Positions 37,201-49,200 of a DNA stretch of 64,000 bases are shown piece after piece. The stretch covers positions 15,201,918 to 15,265,917 of the forward strand of contig CM119269.1 in the NCBI GenBank assembly GCA_051294375.1, written 5' to 3'. Under the pieces are notes generated by a model. That model saw only the letters and a list, made by a program, of their open reading frames with translations, was not told where the DNA came from and searched no databases. The position numbers and the translations under genes are program-made. The stretch is from Paraspadella gotoi. Lineage: Eukaryota; Animalia; Chaetognatha. Numbering within the stretch: position 1 is the first letter of the stretch; each line of letters starts with the position of its first letter.

Positions 37201-40200
37201 TTTCCTCTTCTTCCTTCTTGACAACTGCAGCCTCCTTTTCCCCTTCTTCCTTCTTGACAACCGCAGTCTCTTTTTCCTCTTCTTCCTTCTTGACAACCGA
37301 AGCCTCTTTTCATCTTCTTGACAACTGAAGCCTCCTTTTCCCCTTCTTCCTTCTTGACAACCGCAGTCTCTTTTTCCTCTTCTTTCTTTCTTGACAACCG
37401 AAGCCTCCTTTTCCTCATCTTCCTCTTGACAACCGAAGCCTCCTTTTCTCTCTTCCTTCTTGACAACTGCAGCCTCCTTTTCCCCTTCTTCCTTCTTGAC
37501 AACCGCAGTCTCTTTTTCTCTTCTTCTCTCTTCTTGACAACCGCAGTCTCTTTTTCATCCTTCTTGACAACTGAAGCCTCTTTTCCCCTTCTTCCTTCTT
37601 GACAACCGCAGTCTCTTTTTCCTCTTCTTTCTTCTTGACAACCGCAGCCTCCTTTTCCTCTTCCTCCTTCTTGACAACCACAGCCTCCTTTTCCTCTTCC
37701 TCCTTCTTGACAACCACAGCCTCCTTTTCCTCCTGCGTCAAGTGCAGCTTCCTTTTTCCTGCTTGACAATCGCAGTCTCCTTTTCCTCTTCTTCCTTCTT
37801 GACAACTGCAGCCTCCTTTCCTCTTCTTCCTTCTTGACAACCGCAGCCTCCTTTTCCTCTTCTCCTTCTGACAACGCACCTCCTCTTTCCCTTCTTCCTT
37901 CTTGACAACCGCAGCCTCCTTTTCCTCTTCTTCCTTCTTGACAACCGCAGCCTCCCTTTTCACTTCTTCCTTCTTGACAGCCATAACTTGCATTTCCTCT
38001 TCCTTCTTGACAACCGCAGCCTCCTTTCCTCTTCTTCCTTCTTGACAACCGCAGCCTCCTTTTCCTCTTCTTCCTTCTTGACAACCGCAGCCTCCTCTTT
38101 CCTCTTCTTCCTTCTTGACAACCGCAGCCGCTTTTCCTCTACTTCCTTCTTGACAACCCGCAGCCTCCTTTTCCTTTTCTTCCTTCTTGACAACCGCAGG
38201 CCTCCTTTTCCTCCTGGTCAAGTGCAGCCTCCTTTTCCTGCTTGACAATCGCAGTCTCCTTTTCCTTTCTTCCTTCTTGACAACCGCAGCCTCCTTTTCC
38301 CCTTCCTTCTTGGAAACCGCAGCCTCTTTTTCCTCTTCTTCCTTCTTGAAACCACAGCCTCCTTTGCCTCTTCCTTTTTGACAACCGCAGCCTCCTTTTC
38401 CTCCTGGTCAAGTGCAGCCCCTTTTCCTGCTTGACAATCGTAGCCTCCTTTTCCCTTCCTCCTTGACAACCGCAGCCTCCTTTTCCTCCTTCTTCCTTCT
38501 TGACAACCACAGCCTCCTTTGCCTCTTCCTTTTTGACAACCGCAGCCTCCTTTTCCTCCTGGTCAAGTGCAGCCTCCTTTTCCTGCTTGACAATCGCAGT
38601 CTCCTTTTCCTCTTCTTTCTTGACAACCGCAGCCTCCTTTTCTGCTTCCTTCTTGACAACCTCAGCCTCCTTTTCCTCTTCTTCCTTCTGGACAACCGCA
38701 TCCTCCTTTCCGACCTCTTTCTTCTTGACTACTGCAACCTCCTTTTCATCTTCCTTCTTGACAACCACAGCCACCTTTTCCTCTTCCTTCTTGAAAACCG
38801 CAGCCTGCTTTTCCTCTTCTTCCTTCTTGACAACTGCAGCCTCATCAACTTCTTCCTTCAAAATTACAGCCTCCACCGCCTTCTTTTCATCTTCCTCCCT
38901 CACATTCACAACCTTATTCTCTTTCTCCACAACCACAGCCTCTTTTTCCTCTTCCTCTTTAACAGCGGCAGCCTGACTTTTCTCTTCCTCCTTCACAACC
39001 GCTGCCTCCTTGACATCTATGGCCTGCTTTACCTCTTCCTCCTTCACAACCACAGCCTCTGTTTCCTCTTCTTCCTTTACATCCTTGTTATCCACAGACT
39101 TTTTTTCCTCTTTCTCCTTCACAACCACATTCTCATTTTCCTTCTTGATGACCGCAGACTGCTTTTTCTCTTCAACAACCGATGCCTCCTTTTGCTTTAC
39201 TCTCTTGATAACTGCAACATCTTTTTTCTCTTCCTCCTTAACAACTGAAATTTCCCCGACATCCTTGATAACTTCTATATTATCTTCCTTCTTCCAATCC
39301 ACAGCATCCATTTCTTCTTTATCGACAACTGCAACCTTCTCTTTGCCTTTGTCTAATGAAACCCTCTTTTCCTCTGACTTCATATCCGCATTCATTATGT
39401 CCATCACAACTTCATCCTCTTTTTTTTCCATGTTGACAACACTGGGCTCTGCTCCCTTAACTTTCTCAGCAGCCACAGTCTCCTTGGCTTCTTCCTTTTT
39501 CACAATCTCATCCTCAGCATTTTTCACAGAATCATCCTCTTCCTCCCTCATAACTGCAGCCTCCTGTTTGTTTATTTTTTTAACCTCCACAGTTTCTTTG
39601 TGTTGGACAAGGACGGCCTTCTCTACCTCTTTCATTTTAACAGGAATTTTCTCTGCCTTTTCCGTTTCAATCACAGAAGCCTCCACTATTTCATCATTTA
39701 CCACGCCAGAAGCTTCCACTGCTACCTTTTGCACATCTGTACCTTCCTTTACATCTTTTGTTTCCACATCGGAAGCTGTCTCTTCCTTTTCCACATCGGA
39801 AGCTTCCTTGTCCACGACAGAAGCTTCCTTGTCCACGACAGAAGCTTCCTTGTCCACGACAGAAGCTTCCTTGTCCACGACAGAAGCTTCCTTGTCCACG
39901 ACAGAAGCTTCCTTGTCCACGACAGAAGCTTCCTTGTCCACGACAGAAGCTTCCTTGTCCACGACAGAAGCTTCCTTGTCCACGACAGAAGCTTCCTTGT
40001 CCACGACAGAAGCTTCCTTGTCCACGACAGAAGCTTCCTTGTCCACGACAGAAGCTTCCTTGTCCACGACAGAAGCTTCCTTGTCCACGACAGAAGCTTC
40101 CTTGTCCACGACAGAAGCTTCCTTGTCCACGACAGAAGCTTTCTCTTCCTTGTCCACGACAGAAGCTTCCTCTTCCTTGCCCATGACAGAAGCTTCCTCT

Positions 40201-43200
40201 TCCTTGTCCACGACAGAAGCTTCCTTTTCCTTGTCCACGACAGAAGCTTCCTTGTCCACGACAGAAGCTTCCTTGTCCACGACAGAAGCTTCTTGTCCAC
40301 GGACAGAAGCTTCCTTGTCCACGACAGAAGCTTCCTTGTCCACGACAGAAGCGTCCTTTTCCACGACAGAAGCTTCCTTGTCCACGACAGAAGCTTCCTT
40401 GTCCACGACAGAAGCTTCCTTGTCCACGACAGAAGATTCCTTGTCCACGACAGAAGATTCCTTGTCCACGTGACAGAAGATTCCTTGTCCACGACAGAAG
40501 ATTCCTTGTCCACGACAGAAGACTTCCTTGTCCACGACAGAAGCTTCCTTGTCCACGACAGAAGCTTCCTTGTCCACGACAGAAGCTTCCTTGTCACGAC
40601 AGAAGCTTCGCTTTTCCACGACAGAAGCTTCCATTTTCCACAACAGAAGCTTCCTTTTACCACCAACAGAAGCTTCCTTTTCCACGACAGAAGCTTCCTT
40701 TTCCTTGACAGAAGCTTCTTTTCTACGACAGAAGCTTCCTTTTCCACGACAGAGCTTTCTCTTCCTTTTCCACGACAGAGCTTTCTCTTCCTTTTCCACG
40801 ACAGAAGCTTTCTCTTCCTTTTCCACGACAGAAGCTTTCTCTTCCTTTACCACGACAGAAGCTTTCTCTTCCTTTTCCATGACAGAAGCTTTCTCTTCCT
40901 TTTCCACGACAGAAGCTTCTTTCTTCTTTTCCACAAGAGAAGCTTCCTCTTTCTTTTCCACCACAGAAGCTTTTTTCTTCTTTTCCACAAGAGAAGCTTC
41001 CTCTTTCTTTTCCAAAAGTGAAGCTTCCTCTTTCTTTTCCAAAAGAGAAGCTTCCTCTTTCTTTTCCACAACAGAAGCTTCCTCTTCCTTTTTCATATCA
41101 GAAGCTTCTTCCTTTTTCATATCAGAAGCTTCTTCTTCCTTTTTCACATCAGAAACTTCCCTCGCCTTCTCCTTTTCCACTATAAATACTTCCTCTTCCT
41201 CATTCATGATGGAAGCTTCTTTTGACCCTTCCTTTCCAACATCATTAGTCTCCTGTTTGCATACAGTAACATTCCCAGCCTTACCCATTTTCACTTTAAC
41301 CATGTTTTCTGCTTCCCGATTCCTTTCAACAAAAATAGCTTCATTTTCGTTGGCCTCTTCTTTATCATCGCCACTCAATGTAACATCTGTAGCTTTTTTC
41401 TTTTCAAACCTCACTTCAACAGCATCATCCTCATCTGTTTTCTTCAAACCTACTTCCGCATCCATCATATTACCATCTGTAATTTTTTCAGGGATTTCTT
41501 TGCTATCATCCATTTTCTCTTTTACCAAGATATCGACTTCAGCTTTATTGTATGCGACAACAACAGATCCATCTGTATCCTCTTCTTTTTTAATACTCAC
41601 GGCTTCTTCACCTTTTTGCTTCTTATCAAACGTTACAATATCCTTGGTTTCTGTCTCTTTTTCTTTCACGCACTCTTTAGCTTCAGGCTGAGTCTCAATC
41701 ATATCAGGCTCAGCGTCATCTTTCTTAACAGATTCTACGGCTTCTTCAATTGATTCCACGATTTTAATAGACTCCGACTGCTCAACAGCAACCTCCTTAG
41801 GCTCAATCATTATATCTACACTTCCTTTAGCAGATTCCACAGCTTCCTTCTCCTTCTGCAGAATTTTTTTATCATCATCTTTCTCTGGATCCAAAGCCAG
41901 ATCTTTTTTAAACTCATCTTCACGAGAACCTTTACGCCTTTCAATTTCATTTGGCGGCAAATCAGTCTCGCCTTGCTGCATTTTCTGATCCATGGGCTTT
42001 TGAACCACTCCCGTGATCCTTTGGTTTTCGCCATTCATAGAAAAATCTTGAGAAGCAGGAACAACATCAAAACTAGCCACTGTAGCATCGCTCCTTTTAT
42101 CGTCAGCTCCATTTGCTTGTGCTTTCTGAGGGACTTTCGCTACTTGCTCTGATGAAATTTCGGCAAAAAAATTTTCTGTCATACCTTTTATGAGTTCTTC
42201 CTGATCTAAAAACATTCTTTTACAATTCGTACCTGATTGAGGTGCTGAAACATTTCCATTGAGTGCGGGGGGAGGCCCAAGTCCAGGAAGGTCAAGTAAA
42301 GGGGATTCATCCATGATCCCAACGTTCTCGACATCTGTACTCTTCTTGGATGGTATCGTGCTCCTAAAATTGAATTAAATTAAGATTGCTTTACTCAGGT
42401 AGGAGGTGCGTAGGTTTCTCGAATTTGAAGACAAATATAGACATTCTGAGTTTATTTTTAATTTTTTTATTAAAACTTTCTATCAAACACCAAAAATCAA
42501 TTTTAACTTAAATTTAATTGACTTGGTTACCAAGTATTTTGACAAATACAAAATTTAAATATAAGAAGAAACAAAACAAATGATCTTTACCGATTGCATA
42601 TTTCAAAATAATAATTACCCAAACGCATCGTCTAAATTGTCAGCCTTCGAGCTGCCATTGACTAGATCCATTGCTTTCTTGTTATCCACCGTTCCGTTGA
42701 GTTTTGTAGAGTCCACAACGACATCGTCTAAGAAAAGTAAAAAGAGCATCTTACTTATTCTTAGGTGAAAAAATATTAAAGAAAATTAATTATAAATATC
42801 GATCAATGAAGAGATGGTTAAAGGCGTAACGAAATATTTTATTTCCCAATGAATGAATATTCAAAATCAATTGAATAAGTACGACGATTATTTTAGATGA
42901 ATCTTAAGAAAAGTTTCTTCCTGACAAAAAATTACGTCAGTTATCCAATAGCAAAAAAAATCTTAAAAGCATAAGGATCGTCGCAATCGCATAAGAAAAA
43001 TTTGGATTGATGACAAATTTTGATACTAAAAAAAATCAAATTTGAAAAAAGAAAATTAATTTATAAACAGAAGGAAAAATTATATTTTGCGATTGTCAAT
43101 TAAAAAAATAATAAAGTACCGAGGAAAATTAAAGTTACAGTTTCTAAAAAAAAAAAAAACCTTTTTCATTTTCAAAAAATAAGCTGATCAGCAGACGCAG

Positions 43201-46200
43201 CCCCTGAGAAAAAAAAAACGAAATAAAAACCCGATGATACGATAGCAAAATGATAACATGCACGAATGCAATGCTTAATTTTACGAGTTCAATCCTAATT
43301 CAATTTTTTTAAAATAAAAACAAAGAGAGAGAAAAAAAGAAAAAAATCAAAAGGCAGCAGCAGAAGCAGCAGGAGAAAAGAGAGAAAAATAATAAGCCCC
43401 TGCAGAGTCAGCTGCACGAATCAGTGACTAGGGAAAAGGGAGAGGGAGAGAGACATGTAATTAAAAGAGAAAAGGAGAGAGACATGTAATTAAAAGAGAA
43501 AAGAGAGAAAGAAATATAAAAATAAAAGAAAGAAAGAAATATAAAAATAAAAGAGAGAGAATTTGTTTGTTTTGATAAAACAAAAACAAAACATATTTAA
43601 TAACTAATAAAGAAAAACATCGATTTGGGAAACAGTGCTAATTTTATTTAGACCATGCATTCAAACCATTTTGCTGGTTCATTATTCAAGGCCAGAGAAA
43701 TTGTGGTGAGGTAAAAAATTATTTACAAATAAGAGAAGGTGAGAGGAAGGAGGAGACTCAGAGAGAGAGAAAGAGAGAGAGAGAGAAACTTTCAACAAAA
43801 AGGGATTAATCCCTCATCCCCCTCCCCCCCCCTTGTTCTTCGTCCGGGATGTAGGTGGTCCAGGATTGGCTTCCATGCATCTGTTTTCACGTATGCTCCT
43901 TTGTCTTCGTTGAGCCCTTTGCCTGGTCCACAATCAAAATGACGAATCCAAAGAGCTTCTTCCACTCTTAGATGGTGCTTGAGCATTCTTTGGTTTTTGA
44001 TTCGTGGCTGAGAGATGATTTCAGGTTCCCAGATGAAAAGGGCATCGCAATGCTCTCGATGTTGTGTCAAGCCGGAATGACGCCAATTACCCGACTCGGT
44101 TGCTCTTTTGTGTTCTGCCGTTCGAGTTTCAAAACTACGACAGGTTTCTCCAATGTATCGAGCCTTAGGAGAGCAAGAGCAACGAAAGCTATAGATTCCG
44201 CGTCCCTTTTTTGGCAACGGCTTTGTTTTGTTTGGGGCGCAGAGGATGTTTGCCAGCGTCTGTCCGCTCCTGCTAAAGAGTGATGCTCCTGCCTTTTTAA
44301 AAGCTCTTTGCAGTTGTTGGGTGATACCTGGAAGGTATGGAAGTGTAGCATAAGGGCGGAGTTCGTATTTTGTGTCGTTATGGAAAGGCAGTTCAGCAAA
44401 AAGGTTTGCTACAGTTGGTTGTTGTTGTGATCGTTGTAGTAGGGATTAATCCCTTTTTGGTTGAAAGTTTTCTCTCTCTCTCTCTTTCTCTCTCTCTGAG
44501 TCTCCTCCTCTTCCTCTCACCTTCTCTATTTGTAAATAATTTTTTACCTCACCACAATTTCTCTGGCCTTGAATAATGAACCAGCAAAATGGTTTGAATG
44601 CATGGTCTAAATAAAATTGCACTGTTTCCAAATCGATGTTTTTCTTTATCAAACTACTCGGTGCATGAGATGACACTTAACAATATATTTAATAACTGTT
44701 CTGACTCAATTTTAAGGACATCGATGATGAGAAGCTGTATATAAATTTTCAGCTTCATACACCCAAATTTAATCATAAAAAAGGCGATCTATAATTTGGA
44801 ACGCCAAAGACGACAACGACGCCACTTATGTGCAAAACCAGAGCAATATCGTCGCAAACGCAAAGCGATTGCGACGATAATAATTCAGATAAAAAAGTAA
44901 TTGCATAAAAACCGTAATTAATAAGAAAATTATAAATAATCATTCACCATGGCCAAAACCCCACTCCCTATTTTTACCGGCAGGAGAGGGAATGATGAGG
45001 TTTCCATTAACCCCGTCGTCGCCAACTTGAGGCGAAAGAATCTCGTCGGCGGGAGACGTCATCGGAGATTCCGTATCGGGGGTGTCCGCCTGATTATCAT
45101 TATGTCAGGTTTACACCGAAACAAAATTCATACCGCTCCCACCCTCCCTCCCTCCGTTTCCCAAAAGAAGAAAGCCTGCCAAAACTGACCTGAGGCGGCG
45201 GAAGGGACAAAGACGTCGGAGGTTCGATGGCGTCGCTCGACTCCTTTCTTCCATTCTTCTTTTGAAGGATCGGAAGTTTTTGGAGGAGAGGAGATTTGAA
45301 ATCTGACGAATTCCCTTCGAGTTTTTCTGCCGAACGATTAAATGAGATATCAAATTATTGAATTACTTATAGCAATTACATTGTATATTAATATATGAAA
45401 TACCTGGGGACGATGGGGCGGGAGACCTTCGGGCGTCCTCGGGCGCGGAGGACGCCGGTGGCGCCATCGCTGCAGCTGGAGGCGCCGCCAAGGGGGACGG
45501 GGTTTCCACCAACGGAGACGGCATAGGTTTCTCCTCGGGCGTGGACGATTCGTCAGACTGCAAAAACAAAGCCCAACCATCAACGGCATTCAGCAGCAAA
45601 AACGCCACCGACTGTCGACGCACCTTGCTATCCGAAGTGGGCGAGTCCGTTCTTCTTGTTCTTCTCATGATTTCCTCTAACCGCTGTTTCCGCTTGTCTC
45701 TCTCCTCGGCTTCTTTCTGCAGCTTGATCTGCCTTTCCTTCTCTGCCCTTTCCTCTTCTTCCTTGTCCTTTCGCTCCTTGTCTTCCTTCTCCTTCTGCTC
45801 CTTTTCTCTCTTTTGTCTTTCCTCGCGTTCGCGTTTCTCCCTTTCGGCTGAGAAAGAATTAATTAATTCATTAGAATAAACGAAAAGGTGGATTCATCAC
45901 CCCCGTCGATAAACCTCCCCATTAGCGTTCTTCCAAGATGATTTTTATCATTTTTTTTTTAAATATCGGATTCTTCGGCTCCTATTGAACTATCTGTGTC
46001 TGAGCCCACACGGGCTCCACATCTCGACTTTACAAGTTTACAGGTGTGTCACCCAAGGCAAAAATATCGCCACACTCCCAGGCCCCACGTTCCCTCGTTT
46101 CAAACAACCTTTAAGATTACTTTCCCCTCTCACCGATAGCCCTTTTAAGTCTCTCCTCCTCTGCCCTTTTGGCGACCTCCGCCAGTTTTCTCGCTTCCTC

Positions 46201-49200
46201 CTCCGCTTTTCGTTGAGCAGCCTCCAGTCGGCGCGCTTCTTCTTCCTCGCGACGCCTTTTGTTCGAAATAAAAAAACGAGATTAAACAATATTTCGTTTT
46301 GCGGGGGAAAAAAAAATTGCCAACGTCGCACGCATAAAACCCTTGATTTCAAAATGTGGGACGGATGGAAGGGGGTGGGGGGGGAGGAGGGCTGTAGGGA
46401 AACGAACGAGTCTGAGAAAGGGGAAATGCAAGAGAGCGAAAATGATGAATTCTGTTTTGAAAAACGTTGGGAACGACGCGGTGACCGCGAGAGGAAGAAG
46501 GATGATCAAGAAGAAACGGGTGAAAAAAATTGCTAAGGAGAATTAGAATGAAGAGAATGAAGAGAATTAGAATGAAGAGGATGAGGGAGAACCAGTTAAA
46601 TGTGTAAAAAACTGATAAACTTACTTTTCCTCCTCGAGTCTGAGTCTTTCAGCTTCCGCTTCCCTCTCTCTCTTTTCCCTTTCCTCCCTCCGTTTTTCGT
46701 TCATTCTTCTCTTAGCCTCCTCCGCCTCGATTTCCATTTTGCTCTTTTGCTGCTGCTGCTGTGTCTCGGGCTGTGGTTGCTGTTGTTCGGGTTGAGGGAG
46801 TGATGTGGCAGTTTCTTGACCCTCATTCGTTTTGTCCCCTGGAATGTCAAGGAGAAAGATTTGTAAAAGTAAAAATGGCACAATCATTTGGACAAACGAA
46901 ATCTAAAATAGGAAGAGAAAAAATTCTGAAGAGCCAGAAATATGTTTTGTTTTGTACTTCAAGTTAAACCGTAATTTTAAAATCCAATAAAATACAACAG
47001 GGCCTAAAAGAAAAAATATATATATCATAACTTTGAAAATCAATTATATTACAAATATACTAAAATATGGACAAATTAAAAAATTTAAAGGACAAAACCT
47101 TTAAAAAAATTTTAAAATCACTTTTAAAAACTCACAAAAACCGAAAAGCAACGAGCAACGACTTGAGCTTTTGAAATAATTTATACCTTTAACCTCACTC
47201 ATCGCACTTATTCGAAAAAAAAAGGAGAGAAAATCGAGGCCAATATCCGACAGGAACGTGGAAAAGAAATTTATCATCGAGACTGACTCACCCGGCGATG
47301 AGGCCGACGCGGTCTTTCCATCGGACGAGGTGGATTCCGGGGGCGGGGAAGTCGGTTCGGGGGCGGACGAAGCCGCCGGGGAAGCGGCCGGAGCATCGGC
47401 CGCCGGCGAAGCGGAAAGGGTCTCGGCGACGTCGGCCGACAGAGCCTCGGGCAGGTCCGTCGCTCCTTCGTCTGAAGAAAGGAAATCGGTTGACAAATAG
47501 GAAGGAAGGTCGGGTTTCACGTAAAAGGGGAAATAACTGACATCTTCGTTTCGTTCCATTTACATTTATCAAAACGCGAAGGATTTGGAATTGCATTTAA
47601 CATTTCATGTCTGATATCCTGGTAATTAGAACGTGCTATAATCAAGGATTAAATCCTCAGGAGTATTACTTTGATTAAACAAGGAAAAAAATGCTGTAGG
47701 TCATATACGTATTTCAGTATTCGAAAATTATTAGTTTACTTATCGAAATCAATAATCAATTATTCATGCTCGCGCACCGTAATTTTTTAGAATAATATAA
47801 ATTAGGTTTTCAAAAAATGGTTAGAATATTAGGATTCGACAATTTAAAAGTTAGTAATTAAAGTACTGCTGATTAACGGCAAAGAATAACTTCAGATTTA
47901 TGGACCAAAAATGAGGGACGTGCAGAAGATTTTTAAGGAGCCCATAAATTCCATCTGGGCCACATATATGGAGATTTTCAATTAATTTAAATGTTTTATT
48001 CAACCACGTGGTAACTATGTAATTTTGATGGAAGTTCCCCCACAGCGATTTGATATGCGATTCTTTCATACAAAACCGACGAGACCTATACAATGTAAAG
48101 GGGAATCACCTCTGCACGCCCCTGCAAGTTACTGAGTATCAAGTTAGTGCAAACTCATAGTTCGAAGTGGAAATGAAAATGGGTCGGAGTTGTCGTACCG
48201 TCTCCGATGTTCTTTTGTTCGCCGCTCTCAAACGCTCCTGCCACCTCACGTTTTTCCTTTTCAACTTTCTTGGGGAGCAAGGGGGCTGTGCTTTTGTCAT
48301 CCTCGTCTTCGTCTTCGTCGTCAGTGGCAGCAGAAACGAATGCATCTGCATCGGAGATCGTGGCCGGCGCGTGACTAGCAGGAGTCTCCGGCAGCGTCGG
48401 CGGCGGCGTTTTTTCTCGTGCAACACCCTCGTCTCCGCGTTCTCTCGGCGCGGCGCCGTACGCAGCAGACGGGGCGGCCGACTCTGCATCGCCTCGTACC
48501 GGCGCCGCGTGACTAAGAAGATCGGCGCTCGGCTGCTGCGCTGACGACGACCGGGCGCCAGCGAATCCTTCTCCCTTTTCTCCCGGTTCATCATCTGGTT
48601 TCGTCGAGATCTCGCTCACTGGGGGATTCGCGTTCAAAGAATACGGGCCGAGATGAGAGGGTGAGGACGGCGCGATGCAGGAGAGAAAGGATAAGAAGAG
48701 GAAAGAAGATGGGAGAGGAAAGAAGATGGGATAGGAAAGAAGATGGGATAGGAAAGAAGATGGGATAGGAAAGAAGATGGGATAGGAAAGAAGATGGGAG
48801 AGGAAAGAAGATGGGAGAGGAAAGAAGATGGGAGAGGAAAGAAGATGGGAGAGGAAAGAAGATGGGAGAGGAAAGAAGATGGAGAGGAAAGAAGAGGGGA
48901 GAGGGAAAAATGGGAGAGGATAGAAAAGGGGAAATGAAAGAAGATGGGAGAGGAAAGAAGAGGAAAGATGAGAGGAAAGAGCCAGTAAAGGAGGAGAAGC
49001 GAACGAAGAAGGGTTGTCGAGTTGATGGAACGAAGAAAAAGGAGGGGGAAACAAAACATTACTTCAAGATAATCAATTTCGGGCCGGATATACATAGAAA
49101 AAGGAAAAAAAATTCGCTTATAGACGAAAAGTCATATCAACTTCCATCTTGGGTAGGGAAAACTTTCTTTCTTGCTCTTGACGGACGACGGAGGGTCATG

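Larger units (their letters stand above)
42953..44880 (+). mobile_element. Helentron-associated (HINE/DINE-1-like) non-autonomous element, family A; host of the Penelope insertion
   Basis: 5' subterminal atcgtcgcaatcgc is complementary to 3' gcgattgcgacgat, which also lies in a terminal stem-loop (44846-44879). A-rich flanks with no TSD and internal (GA)n tracts. The class call is an inference from this structure. Confidence 0.6.

Noticed and set aside
39795-40600. CRISPR-like regular array
   Set aside because: Head-to-tail tandem units with no unique spacers, inside a eukaryotic exon, with no cas genes.
36040-41691. Long plus-strand and alternate-frame ORFs (TTEASLS, RSFLVHD, KLLSWTR, RRLRLSRRK, GCGCQEG repeats)
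   Set aside because: These are shadows of the coding repeats. The 21-bp unit happens to have no stop in any of the six frames, and only the E/K/V/A frame connects to unique coding sequence and splice sites.
48155-49054. 299-aa S/F/L/P-rich ORF as a standalone protein
   Set aside because: The N-terminal part is a translation of the intronic 17-bp minisatellite. Only 48199-48618 behaves as an exon.
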